Shown here: positions 48,207 through 59,100 of the stretch, one piece after another
How the letters are laid out: the number at the start of each line of letters is the position of its first letter
How positions within the stretch are numbered: the stretch's first letter is position 1
IMG/VR virus record: IMGVR_UViG_3300047200_000500
Location: 96,001 to 160,000 of that record
Direction: 5' to 3' (one strand)
Source of the DNA: a virus
DNA: 64,000 nt
Program-made: the position numbers and the translations under genes
Notes under the pieces: model-generated
What the model was told of the DNA's origin: nothing
The model's input: the letters and a program-made list of their open reading frames with translations, nothing else
Databases searched by the model: none

Positions 48207-49280
48207 TGCTTTGGATATTCTTGTAACCTCGTCAATATCAAGACCTGGACCGCCTGGCAGTGTAATGCCTTGTCTCCATAATTTTACTGCTATTGGAAAA
48301 TCATTTTCATTGTATTCGTGATGCTCCCAAGGCGGCATTAGAGGAATTGGCGGAAATATTGGTCTTGAATCATATCCCAATGAATTTAATATTTTAGAAG
48401 CAGTATTGTAATAATCATAGTCAGATTCGTCTAATATTGAGAACATCCACCATGAATTATGACCACCATTCGGTGATTTTTGAAATTTAAATTTATCACC
48501 AAGTAATGAAATATAAGTATCTGCGATTGATGTTAATTTTTTAGATGTTTCATCTATCCTGTTAATCTGTGAATTTGCTAATGCCGCTTGCATCCCCGTT
48601 ATTCTATAATTATACCCTATATCACAATGCCAGAATCTTTTTCCTGGTTGTTGCGCTTGACCCCTGAGCAATTTACATTTATCAGCTATTTTATCATCAT
48701 TTGTTAATATCATACCTCCTTCAGCACTAGAAATTAATTTATTTCCATACATACTAAATACTGATACTTCACCAAAACTACCGATGTTTTTTGAATCTAC
48801 TTTAGCAGTTAAAGCTTCACATCCATCTTCAATTATTTTGAACCCATATTTATTGGACATCTCTATTAAACGAACCATATCGACTGGGTTACCATAATTG
48901 TGAACAGCCACGACGGCATCAATTTTCATCATTTTACATTTATTATCTAAAATGTCCAAGTTCATATTCCATGAATTGATATCGGCATCAATAAAAATTG
49001 GAATTGATCTAACATATTCAACAGAAAATGCTACTGCTGCAAAACAGCATGCTGGAATGGCTATTTTTTTATTTTCAAGATTGGTACTTAATAATGCAAG
49101 ATGAAGTGCTGTAGTTCCATTAGAACAACTAATAGCATGTTTTCTATCAGTGAGTTTTTTAAAATTATTTTCAAGCTTCTCAACTTCTGGACTGGCTTGT
49201 GTAATGAATTGAGATTTGACTATATCATAAACAGCCTTTGCGTCATCATCAGTAAAAATTTGATTATAGACTGGAATCAT
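48198..49280 (-). CDS. per: GDP-perosamine synthase (DegT/DnrJ PLP aminotransferase)
   Basis: MIPVY start, SNGTTALHLAL, IIEDGCEA, FSMYGNKLISSAEGGM (PLP Lys), LRGQ...RFWH..IGYNYR, typical of the Per/RfbE subfamily. Confidence 0.85.
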   Translation of the reverse strand: MIPVYNQIFTDDDAKAVYDIVKSQFITQASPEVEKLENNFKKLTDRKHAISCSNGTTALHLALLSTNLENKKIAIPACCFAAVAFSVEYVRSIPIFIDADINSWNMNLDILDNKCKMMKIDAVVAVHNYGNPVDMVRLIEMSNKYGFKIIEDGCEALTAKVDSKNIGSFGEVSVFSMYGNKLISSAEGGMILTNDDKIADKCKLLRGQAQQPGKRFWHCDIGYNYRITGMQAALANSQINRIDETSKKLTSIADTYISLLGDKFKFQKSPNGGHNSWWMFSILDESDYDYYNTASKILNSLGYDSRPIFPPIPLMPPWEHHEYNENDFPIAVKLWRQGITLPGGPGLDIDEVTRISKALS

Positions 49281-49944
49281 GTTTAAATCCCTTGAGTGTG
49301 AGATAAATTTGTCACCGTTTATTTATCTGTATGACATTAATACGCTTAGACAATTTGAATGTACATATGCTCATCATTTATTAATAAATACTAACTTAAA
49401 TAATTGTGAAAAGGCGTTTTTCTTAAGAAATAATAGAAAACCAAATAAATATGATGTAGACCATGTTGAATATTTAAAATCTGCTTTTAAACCGGTTGAT
49501 CCAGATACATATTGGAATACTTATGTTTTTCAAGCTATCTATGATGATTTTGGTGATTTAGAAGTTAGTTCCGATATAATATCTAAATATTATAAAGAAA
49601 TTTTAAAATTTGAAATAAATTATGATAATTTACATGAGATTGGTAGATCAATAAGATATAAATTTGGTAAAGTATTGTCAGATAAAGGGTATAATATGAT
49701 AAATGTGTGGCAATTAATGCAAGTTTCTGCAGTAATTAATACCAACAATATAACAAAAAATCCAAATAATATAAAGTTCATATTTAATAAAATATATAAG
49801 AGAAAACCACTAGACCAAGAGGTGCAGATAATACTGTGCCTTGATCTAGATTCAGGAATCCAAGGAGTAAGAAATGAAATTGTCAAATATTTCAAAGTTG
49901 CATACGAAGCTACTTTCAGAAGAAGAAGAATTAAAAAATATTGA
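49279..49944 (+). CDS. hypothetical protein (start uncertain)
   Basis: 221-aa ORF filling the gap. Confidence 0.6.
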   Translation: MFKSLECEINLSPFIYLYDINTLRQFECTYAHHLLINTNLNNCEKAFFLRNNRKPNKYDVDHVEYLKSAFKPVDPDTYWNTYVFQAIYDDFGDLEVSSDIISKYYKEILKFEINYDNLHEIGRSIRYKFGKVLSDKGYNMINVWQLMQVSAVINTNNITKNPNNIKFIFNKIYKRKPLDQEVQIILCLDLDSGIQGVRNEIVKYFKVAYEATFRRRRIKKY

Positions 49945-50254
49945 TAAAGAGGCACTTGCCGAATTAGAGGGTAAGCCGCTGGAAACTGACCAACCAGTTG
50001 CTCCACCCGCTGATGAAAATATGCCAAACGAATTGGAAGATTTAGATTATAGCCCAAAATCTAATCAAATTAATAAGCCAAATTCTTCTGGATTTACATT
50101 GCGAAATGTAACTGATCAACTAGATGGCATAGTAAAAAATTGGTTTAATTTTGCTGTAGAAATGAACCCTGATGCAAAAGAAAAATTTTTAGCATTAGGT
50201 GAAAGAATATCAGAAATATCAGATATTGTTAAGAAGGAATTTAATAATGTCTGA
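49874..50254 (+). CDS. acidic protein, possible head internal protein
   Basis: MKLSNISKLHTKLLSEEE N-terminus. Confidence 0.6.
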   Translation: MKLSNISKLHTKLLSEEEELKNIDKEALAELEGKPLETDQPVAPPADENMPNELEDLDYSPKSNQINKPNSSGFTLRNVTDQLDGIVKNWFNFAVEMNPDAKEKFLALGERISEISDIVKKEFNNV

Positions 50255-50894
50255 TTTTGACCCATTTAAACCTCTGAATTCTGAAGATTTTAAGCCTTCT
50301 GATCTCCCAACTGGAAATAAAGAAGACAAAATCAATCCAAAAGACGTTGGAGTTGATAATAGTGTTGATTTAAAAGATGACGAAGATGGAGAAGATGCAG
50401 ATACTTCACTAGATGATTTTGAATCAGAACTAAATGATCAGTTTTCTCCTGATGTCCCAAGCGGTGATGAATCATTAAGTTTACCGGAACCTACTAGTAT
50501 ACAGACTCCAATTGCACCTGAAAAACAAATTAAATGGACTGTTATTCCTACTGATAATAACGAATTAAAATCACAACATGTTAATGGCTTTACGTTAAGA
50601 GCTAGACCATTGAGTGCAAAGAAAGATGAAAAGATTAAATATATAACTCAATTATACAAAGGAAACAAAATTTTAGAAAAAGGTGTTATTTGGATTGACT
50701 CCACTAAAGATCCAATAACATTTTTGCAAAATGTAGCCGATAGGATCCTTAATAGGATGGGCTTAACATCCAATGAAATAGAAGAACCTAAAAGTGAATT
50801 TACGAATGAAGAACCTATAGAATCAGATTTACCAAAGGAAGAAGAAAAAGGCGATCTTGGTAATGAAATGGATCAAGTGCTGGGGTCAATTTAA
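50247..50894 (+). CDS. acidic hypothetical protein
   Basis: SD AAGGA before ATG 50247; D/E-rich termini. Confidence 0.65.
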   Translation: MSDFDPFKPLNSEDFKPSDLPTGNKEDKINPKDVGVDNSVDLKDDEDGEDADTSLDDFESELNDQFSPDVPSGDESLSLPEPTSIQTPIAPEKQIKWTVIPTDNNELKSQHVNGFTLRARPLSAKKDEKIKYITQLYKGNKILEKGVIWIDSTKDPITFLQNVADRILNRMGLTSNEIEEPKSEFTNEEPIESDLPKEEEKGDLGNEMDQVLGSI

Positions 50895-52127
50895 ATCAGA
50901 TTCTATCTCTAATAAATCTCCCCAATATTCCTGATTTTTGAAATTTTTACAATTTTGTGACCCGACAATGGCCCAAATAACGGAATAATCTCTTTTATCT
51001 GGTATTGTATCTTGCCCGTCGCTAAGAATTATGTTGACATTTGCGACTAGATTATTATGTTCAATATAATCAAGCACACAACTAAAATCAGTACCTCCAC
51101 GACCAGTTACAGCTACAGTTCTCCAGTCTCCTTTTTTATATTCTCTAACTTTATGAACTGCACTATCAAATTCGATTAATGTAATTTTAAATTTCTGGGA
51201 AATTGATTCTATTTCACCAAATACTACTTCTAATATTTTAGTGTACATTGATCCACTAGTGTCAATCATGATAGTTAATTTATTGCCACCATGAGAAGAT
51301 GTCCCTTTTATTCCAAATTGTTGATTTTTTCTGTTTAATCTAGCAAAAGTTTTTCTTTTTTGTCCTATTGACCTACCTATTAAATTTCTTAATAAATGAG
51401 CGTAATGAATTTTTGATGATTGAATTTGTTTTATAAATTCTTCTAAGTGTCCAGGTGGATTACCAGCAGCCTTGCTAGTTGAATTAACTATTTCTTTTAC
51501 TGTTTGTCTAATTTCATCTTTTGATGCATCACTTTCTGACCACACTTCATGATTATCATGTAGTTCTACGTGTAATATTTTACCGTTTTTTAATATTAAT
51601 ATCCACCCCTTTAATCCATTATCGTTATTTATTTCTTGGATTCTTGAGTTATCTATAATCCATTTTGCAACTTCTTCACTTGAATGATCTTTTTCAAAAA
51701 AATCTAAATCTATACCGGACCATAATTCATTATCTTTATCACACATGTTGCTACCAGGCATAAACATTCCACATTCTGGAAGATGATCTATACTTTTATT
51801 AGATTTATGACCATTAATTAACCAATCTTGAGCTATGTTATTGATTACATGATGTTCGTCGGTTGGGCCAATTGACCTACTTGGGTGCAGCCTGACCACA
51901 TGCTCTATTTCATGGATTATTACAGCTATCATTTCATCTATTGTTAAGCTATTGCAAAATTCTGTGTTATAATAACAGTTTACTCTTCCACCTTTTTTAA
52001 AAGCTACTCCAACTGTTTTTATATCTGTTCGCTCTATCCAATCTATTCTTGTACAAAATGTGCCATACCATGGATGTAAAATTTGTATCTTACATCTTGC
52101 ATCCATTAATTTGTCTATTTTATCCAT
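50886..52127 (-). CDS. DUF2201-type metallopeptidase + vWA protein
   Basis: HEIEH (HExxH), IDTSGSM MIDAS, GRGGTDF, ILSDG. Confidence 0.9.
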   Translation of the reverse strand: MDKIDKLMDARCKIQILHPWYGTFCTRIDWIERTDIKTVGVAFKKGGRVNCYYNTEFCNSLTIDEMIAVIIHEIEHVVRLHPSRSIGPTDEHHVINNIAQDWLINGHKSNKSIDHLPECGMFMPGSNMCDKDNELWSGIDLDFFEKDHSSEEVAKWIIDNSRIQEINNDNGLKGWILILKNGKILHVELHDNHEVWSESDASKDEIRQTVKEIVNSTSKAAGNPPGHLEEFIKQIQSSKIHYAHLLRNLIGRSIGQKRKTFARLNRKNQQFGIKGTSSHGGNKLTIMIDTSGSMYTKILEVVFGEIESISQKFKITLIEFDSAVHKVREYKKGDWRTVAVTGRGGTDFSCVLDYIEHNNLVANVNIILSDGQDTIPDKRDYSVIWAIVGSQNCKNFKNQEYWGDLLEIESDLN

Positions 52128-53488
52128 TATTTATTAAGCTTTATTTCAGATCCCCAAGCAGTAATTTGAATCTCTCTTGATAATACCGGATCTTTGGTCA
52201 GTGCATTATACCAAGTGCGAATTTTTTGTTGTTTACTGAGTATTCTCTGGATTGATGGATTAATTAATGCTGCACCCTTTAGACTACTTTCAAGTTCGTT
52301 ATTTGTTAAACCTCTACAGAACCCAACAGCAAGATCTTTATAATTATTGTTATTGACCATCCATTTACAAAAAGACAAGACATTGTTTATTTGTTTTTCT
52401 TGTGGATCTTTTATGGATGTGGCAATATTGACCACACCAAGCATCAATCCTTGCATCTCTGGACGCTTCATTGTGTGAAGAATTTGGATTATTTTTGTAC
52501 TTGCACCATTTTCGATAATGTCTCTTGGATAGAGTTCTGCTGCCCAATTCTTATAAGCATTTGTCACTGCTATTCCTATTAATCCTTGTAATAATTCAGT
52601 TCTGATTCTGTCCTTTTGTTCATCATCCTTGAATATATCAGTATTGTTTTTTATTGAATTTTCAATTTTTGATACGAATTCCCACGATCTAGGATTTGGT
52701 TCAATTATTAATTGTTCAGAACCATCTTCTGTTTGAATTAAATGTTCATTACTACCAGCGCAAAATTGAGTTATTTTATCAGTTATTCCGTCATCAATAT
52801 CTGTAGATTTCATCCACTTCATCCAATCAGTAATATATTCTTCATTTACCTGTATATTAACATGACACCAACGTGATGTAAAAGCGGCATCTGATACAAA
52901 TGTGTTTGTCCTATATCTTGATCCAGACGGATTACCAGCACCAATTATTAGGATTTTAGATGGTAGTTCATAGCCACCTGTTTTGCGATCTAATATTAAT
53001 TCAAATAAAGCCTGTAAAACATCATCTTCGCCTCTATTAACTTCATCTAAAAATAAAATCCCTTGATGATATTTAACTTCACCTTTAAACGGCCAATGTT
53101 CATCTGTTGTTTCTTTACCATGGACTTCACAACATTTTAAATAATATGGAGATTTGTCTGGGATTATATCAGAATTTTTGCCCCATGTATTACCCTTTTC
53201 ATCTATGAAATTTCCATGTGGAAGATCAACTGGTGGAAGATATATGAATTTATCACCATCTGCTTTAGGAAGACCTCTTAATTCAGAGGCTTCCATTTGA
53301 GCAGCACGCATATCTTTGCAAAAGAATGGCACTGAACAATTGCCTTTATCATCACAAAAATGAAATCTATTTTTACAAAATTTTTTGACGCCATTGCTTT
53401 TACCAACACCTCTTGGACCCCAAATAAACAATGGAATATTGGCAACATGGCAAATAGAAATAGCTGTATCTAATTCTGAATATATCAT
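52127..53488 (-). CDS. MoxR-like AAA+ ATPase
   Basis: WGPRGVGKS Walker A, LFLDEVNR Walker B, GAGNP, NPRSWE. Confidence 0.92.
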   Translation of the reverse strand: MIYSELDTAISICHVANIPLFIWGPRGVGKSNGVKKFCKNRFHFCDDKGNCSVPFFCKDMRAAQMEASELRGLPKADGDKFIYLPPVDLPHGNFIDEKGNTWGKNSDIIPDKSPYYLKCCEVHGKETTDEHWPFKGEVKYHQGILFLDEVNRGEDDVLQALFELILDRKTGGYELPSKILIIGAGNPSGSRYRTNTFVSDAAFTSRWCHVNIQVNEEYITDWMKWMKSTDIDDGITDKITQFCAGSNEHLIQTEDGSEQLIIEPNPRSWEFVSKIENSIKNNTDIFKDDEQKDRIRTELLQGLIGIAVTNAYKNWAAELYPRDIIENGASTKIIQILHTMKRPEMQGLMLGVVNIATSIKDPQEKQINNVLSFCKWMVNNNNYKDLAVGFCRGLTNNELESSLKGAALINPSIQRILSKQQKIRTWYNALTKDPVLSREIQITAWGSEIKLNK

Positions 53489-53940
53489 TTTGCACCTTTG
53501 CTCATTTTATGATAACCCTTTTTTTCTAATTTGGATATTAAAGAATCTTTATTTTTTATATTGTAATCTTTTATACCAACATTACTAAACTTGTCATCAT
53601 ATGTGTTTATTGATTTATAAGTATTATTATCTAAATCTATGATGGTGTAAGACTTCATTATTATTGTATCATTAAATTTAGATTGTTTGATCCAGACTTC
53701 CCCATTGGTTAGACCATGCCATGGATTGAATTTTTTATCATCATATTCAACAATTTGTTTATCATTATTACTATTTGCTGACCTAATTCTGTCATGATAA
53801 AGCTTAATCATTTCACCATTTGGTTTTTTTAATCTTACAGTTTTACCGTTATCGCATAGTTCTATGACAGTGCATATTTCATCACTTATTAGATTTTTAT
53901 GCGTTAAGTATCTAACTTCATCTTTTTCATGCAATTCCAT
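53485..53940 (-). CDS. hypothetical protein (SH3-like N-terminus)
   Basis: SD AAGGA; first gene of the MoxR operon. Confidence 0.65.
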   Translation of the reverse strand: MELHEKDEVRYLTHKNLISDEICTVIELCDNGKTVRLKKPNGEMIKLYHDRIRSANSNNDKQIVEYDDKKFNPWHGLTNGEVWIKQSKFNDTIIMKSYTIIDLDNNTYKSINTYDDKFSNVGIKDYNIKNKDSLISKLEKKGYHKMSKGAK

Positions 53941-54013
53941 ATTTGTATTCCTTAAATTTTTATATAAGACTTAATTTTTTTGTAAAGATTGTTATGAAAC
54001 ATTGAGATAAAAA

Positions 54014-54628
54014 ATGTTACCATTTATAGCTCCAGATAAGCCCATAAGGACAAGTGATGATTTTCTTATTGATTTAGATGTTGAAGAATGGTCCTGTGAA
54101 ATGAAACTTGATGGTTACAGAATGGAAATTAGCAAACATGATGGAATAATAATTGCTCGTAGTCGCCATAATGAAATTTTAAAAATTGATGGTTCTTTCA
54201 TTGATTATTTCAACAGTCTTTTAAGTGAAGGAAGTGCCATTGACACTGAATGGATTAATCATGATAGAATAAAAGCAATTAATACTGTGATGAAATTCAA
54301 TCTTCCTTTAGTTGAGTGTATAGGCATACATGATGTGACTTGGCTAAACGGTAAGTATCTTGGTAATATTTCATTAAAAGAACGACGTAATTGTGATATT
54401 TACAAAAAATTACAGACAGCTTCCATGAATAATATAATAGATAATTTTAAAGTATTTAAAATTCCAATGTTGTCTGATGATAATACAATGATTGATTTTT
54501 ATAACATGCAAAAAAGTATTAAAATTAGCGAAGGGATTGTTATTAAAAAATGGAATTCAAAATTGGTTGGAAATAGATCACAATCTGCTAAAAATCCAAG
54601 CTGGTACAAGATAAAGTACCGCAACTGA
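54014..54628 (+). CDS. ATP-dependent ligase, nucleotidyltransferase domain only
   Basis: EMKLDGYR (I), IDTE (III), HDV (IIIa), EGIVIK (IV), WYKIK (V); ends without an OB domain. Confidence 0.85.
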   Translation: MLPFIAPDKPIRTSDDFLIDLDVEEWSCEMKLDGYRMEISKHDGIIIARSRHNEILKIDGSFIDYFNSLLSEGSAIDTEWINHDRIKAINTVMKFNLPLVECIGIHDVTWLNGKYLGNISLKERRNCDIYKKLQTASMNNIIDNFKVFKIPMLSDDNTMIDFYNMQKSIKISEGIVIKKWNSKLVGNRSQSAKNPSWYKIKYRN

Positions 54629-54645
54629 TCGAGGAACCAAGAACT

Positions 54646-55461
54646 ATGAGCCATTCTGTTAAACCAGTTTTATGTGCGTCTATTAGACCACATCTTAATT
54701 ATCCTGACGAAGTTTTATTCGCAGAACTTAAGGGAACTGTAAAGTCAATTTGGAACACAGTGAGGGGTGGAAGCCCAAAATATGATTATGATGATGCCCT
54801 ATCTGATGCTTGGATAGGGTATACCAAAGCTAAAGAACATGATAATCTTCCTCCTTCTATTGCTGGCGAAATAATGGAATGTCCCATATGCGGGCACAAA
54901 ATGCATATGCCGGTGACAATGGATGAGGATAAAAATGCAGATCCATCTAGAGATAGGTCATTTAATTTACAATGCGAATCGTGTAATCATGAATGGGTAA
55001 AAGAAATTAAGAAAACACAATTTACCACTTGTGTCTATCATTATATTCGTGGAGAAATACAACGTGGTGCTCGTGAGAGTCGTCGTTGCGGGATTCAGAA
55101 AATAAAAAAGCAAGATATGAATGGTCACAAAGTGGATCCATCAATCATAAGTATAGATGTCTTCTCACAGACTTCAGATAATGTCTGTGATGCCTTAAGT
55201 GTTGGTCAAAGTGTTCATGTTACTGGAATTGGTATTGAAGTAAAGAAAAATGTTCATAGGGCAGTAAGTAAACTGCCACCCCGTCAATGTGAAGTAATAT
55301 CAAGGATGTTTGGATTAGAATACAATAATGAGATATTAGAACCAATGTCTCAGGCCCAAGTGGCTGATCATATAGGGATATCAAGGCAACGTATTTGCGC
55401 AATTATTAAAGGTTCATTAGCCAGGCTACACAAAGAATTGGAGAAATCTTATGAAGCTTGA
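54646..55461 (+). CDS. sigma70-family RNA polymerase sigma factor with a Zn-ribbon insertion
   Basis: DDALSDAWIGYTKA [CPIC..CESC] QFTTCVYHYIRGEI (region 2); LPPRQCEVISRMFGL..SQAQVADHIGISRQRI (region 4). Confidence 0.85.
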   Translation: MSHSVKPVLCASIRPHLNYPDEVLFAELKGTVKSIWNTVRGGSPKYDYDDALSDAWIGYTKAKEHDNLPPSIAGEIMECPICGHKMHMPVTMDEDKNADPSRDRSFNLQCESCNHEWVKEIKKTQFTTCVYHYIRGEIQRGARESRRCGIQKIKKQDMNGHKVDPSIISIDVFSQTSDNVCDALSVGQSVHVTGIGIEVKKNVHRAVSKLPPRQCEVISRMFGLEYNNEILEPMSQAQVADHIGISRQRICAIIKGSLARLHKELEKSYEA

Positions 55462-55717
55462 TAAATTTGTTTTTGATAAAGCATATGATATTGTCATCAT
55501 AACATACAGTGACAATACAAAAGCATCAATTGCTTTTTTTCTTGACAAACATGAAACTTTACATTGGTATGAATACAAGGGTGTTTGTGTCGAAAAAGTA
55601 ATTAAAGAAATATTTGAACCAAAATTTAAATTTAAAGCATTAAGTAGGCACGACAATTCATCTTCATTTAAAAATGCACAAAGGGTTTCTCAAAAATTTA
55701 TCAAGAATAAAACTTGA
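55451..55717 (+). CDS. hypothetical protein
   Basis: SD GGAG; overlap with the sigma gene. Confidence 0.55.
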   Translation: MKLDKFVFDKAYDIVIITYSDNTKASIAFFLDKHETLHWYEYKGVCVEKVIKEIFEPKFKFKALSRHDNSSSFKNAQRVSQKFIKNKT

Positions 55718-56165
55718 TCAATTAGGCGTATTAAAAGATTGTACTGCCGTTTTAGGTAAAAGTGAATACGGATCTATATATAAATTGTTTAATGGTGAAT
55801 CAGATAATTGGTGGTGGAGATCTATTAGTAAGAAAGAATTAACTCCTGATTATTATGCGATAGTTTTATTTATTAGCCATATTGATTATGGTCGGCGTAT
55901 GTCGATTAAAACTTATTTAAATTTTGTTCAAAATAGCGTCAATAATTCTAAGACACCGGTATCTTCAACTATATGCGGAATAATGATTGGTAATATTGTA
56001 TTTGTAAAGGATGTCTATAATAACCAAACTTATAAATTTAATTTTGACATTAATACAGAAGATAATGTAACAATTAAATCAATTGGATCTAGCTTTGATA
56101 ATGTATATTTTAGAGGAATTTTTAATTTAAAAAATTGTCCGTTTTATTGCCCAATTTCGTGTTAG
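55674..56165 (+). CDS. hypothetical protein
   Basis: ORF filling the gap. Confidence 0.5.
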   Translation: MHKGFLKNLSRIKLDQLGVLKDCTAVLGKSEYGSIYKLFNGESDNWWWRSISKKELTPDYYAIVLFISHIDYGRRMSIKTYLNFVQNSVNNSKTPVSSTICGIMIGNIVFVKDVYNNQTYKFNFDINTEDNVTIKSIGSSFDNVYFRGIFNLKNCPFYCPISC

Positions 56166-56188
56166 TTCGACAAATATATAAAGTAACA

Positions 56189-59100
56189 ATGGCTACATCA
56201 AATAATCCCTATTTTAGGTTGTTTCCCTTAAATAACGCTCGCACTGGCTTTAAGCCATATGCGATGCCAGTTTTATATATAGAACGTTATAGATTAACTG
56301 AAGATGGAATGGCTATAAGTGATTCAGAAACTCAAAAAATAAGATATTATGTAGTTAATGCCCCTGATGTCGCTAAGGTTGCTGGACCATTTAATACTAA
56401 TTTAAGAGTTCCAAATATTTCATTGTATGAAATAGATTTAACTGTACAGCAATTGAATGATAAAATATTAAAAATAAATGGTTATCAATTCTACCGTAAA
56501 ACTATTGACAGTAAAGGTGTTGTAACATATACTCCAATTGACTTTTCTGAAGCTGAAACTGGAGACTATTTTGATTATAGGTTGGAATCCAATAATGTAG
56601 GTGATAAAGTAGAATATTTTAAAGATGCGTATTACTATGATCTTTCAGGTGTAGAAATTACGGTTGATGGTCTTCCAAAACCAAATAGATATTTCTTCAT
56701 TTGGGAAGCCACTTTCTTTAGAAGAATTTCTACTTTAAATGGCAATTTGAAATGTGTTGGTACTGATCTGGGGATGTCAAATGAAATATTAGAAGTTAAT
56801 CATCCTGGTGAAGTACATCACGCAATGTGGAGAGGTACTCCATCGCTTTATTTTAATTATGAAGGATATAAAGAATCAACTGACCCTACATTGGAATTTT
56901 ATAGACCATTCGCTGACTTATTACAAGACATATTTGATGAACAAGCACTTTTGGATGGTATCAATCGTATAGATACTGTTCCCATTGCTTTTATACCTTA
57001 TTTGGCTTATCTTATAGGGTGGGATTTACCAAATTATCCAGGTGTGACAGATAATCTTAGAAGAAAAATTCTTAAGCGTGCTGTTCATTTACAAAAATTG
57101 AAAGGATCAAAGAGAGCAATAAGTGAATTATTTGAAATGTTTGGTTTTACTGTTAATATTATCAATTTATGGGCTGATAAACAAGGTGATAAACTTCTTA
57201 GTGCTGGTAATGGTTTGGAAACCTTATTGACTGTACAGGTTGATCAACTTCTTTCAAATTATAATGCTATAGGGTTTGGTATTGATTATCCAATACCATT
57301 AACTTTTTTACCAAATAAAAATGTACAAATAGTCTTATATGCTTACCAAGTTAAGCAGGGTACCAATGACTATCAAAAATTGGTTGATTTTTCAAATAAG
57401 CTTTCATCAAATCTTGAGTTCTATAATGACGATACAATAAGATATGATGTCAACAATACTATAACAACTAAATCTATAAATGAATTAAATGCATCATTCA
57501 CTAATGATGGTTTAATTGGATCCACTAAAGTATTGATTGGTGGAATGAGTTATCAGATTTATGGCAGAAAAATATTGAATTCATCTAATATTTCTTTTGA
57601 TAAAAATGAAAATACAATAATTTTAAACTTTGACCATGAGTTAAGTGTTGATGGTGGTCAATTATTTGTATTTCCTATTTATGAAAGAACAAAATTAATA
57701 ATTCCAAATGAATTATTAAACACCAAGTCTAGTAGATTCGATGCTGAGATAGCAAATAAGGATAATAGTCCAATAGATTATAATTTATTGATCTACATGT
57801 TGTCGTTTATTTTTAAACTTAAATCATTTCATTCTTTATTAAGAAAACTGATTTATACAATTGATATTTATGAAGTTTATAACTTAATTGATTTCTGTGT
57901 TTCTGAAAATGATTTATTAAAGCCAGGAACTAGTTCTGGTGATTTACAAGTTCCACCAGCTATAATACCTACTGGTGAGACATGTGATGATTCTAATCGC
58001 AATTTTAAAGATTCTGACATTAATTTAAAAAATATAATTGTGCAGGGTTTAGAGGCAGAATTTCAAGGCTGGAAAAATCAAAGAACTACAGATAGCGATG
58101 GTAAAATAATAGGTGATAATTGTGAATTAAATAAAGAAGGGCAAGATAAAGTACTGGTTGATAATACTACTGATTTTGATCAAAAACCAGACAATAGACC
58201 AACTTATTGCATTAATCTTCCATCAAAACCAGATTTTTGTTATAAAGGAAGAGTGACAGCCGACGAAGTAACTGTTACCATAGCAGAATTAAAAGAGATT
58301 TATCAGAATGTTCCATGCGGACCGAAACTTGGATATGGATTCTATTGGGAAGAGAAATCTCGTGTAAACTTTGATCATCAAAATGTTGGTTTTTTAAATT
58401 CAAGGTTGAAATTTGTTGATAATAAAGATGTAACATTACATTATAGTGCATATCCATATTATGATAAAGATGTTCAAAAATCTCAAAATACTTTAGCTTT
58501 AAGCCCATCGTCATTAAATATTGAGAAAGAACATCTCGGATTTCCTTCTCACAGATTTTTATCAATGGGATATCTTGCCAATGATTATGATTATACATCT
58601 TTAAATATATCATATGGATATGATCTTGTTCGCAAACGACCATGGGACGAAGAATTTCAATGTGGATATTATTTAAACACGCTTAATGCCACTCTATCAA
58701 CAATAAGCGGAAAATCTGTTAGAATATTCTATAATGGAAGTTCATTTGATATAGAAGAAATGTATACTGGATCAATGATCAAAAATGGATTCATGACTTA
58801 TAATGATGCTGAATCATATATTAATTCAAATAATATGTTCGTTGAACAAGATTTAACATGGTCTAATAGTGATTTGATTTATATTGGAAATGGAATTGAA
58901 TCAGAAATTGATTCTCTAAGTGATCATACAATAACAACTGGTGATGACAGATTAATAACTCATAATGTGTATCAACATACTGAAACAAATCCATATGTCG
59001 TAGATGATTTCACAATAAATTCTTCATCAGTTATATCAACAAGTAATGATTATGGCCCAATATTTAGAAGTGTATGTAAAAGTTCTAATGAAGATTTTTC

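Noticed and set aside
50886-53940. MoxR AAA + vWA/metallopeptidase operon as a novel system
   Set aside because: A common, previously described pairing in large phages and bacteria
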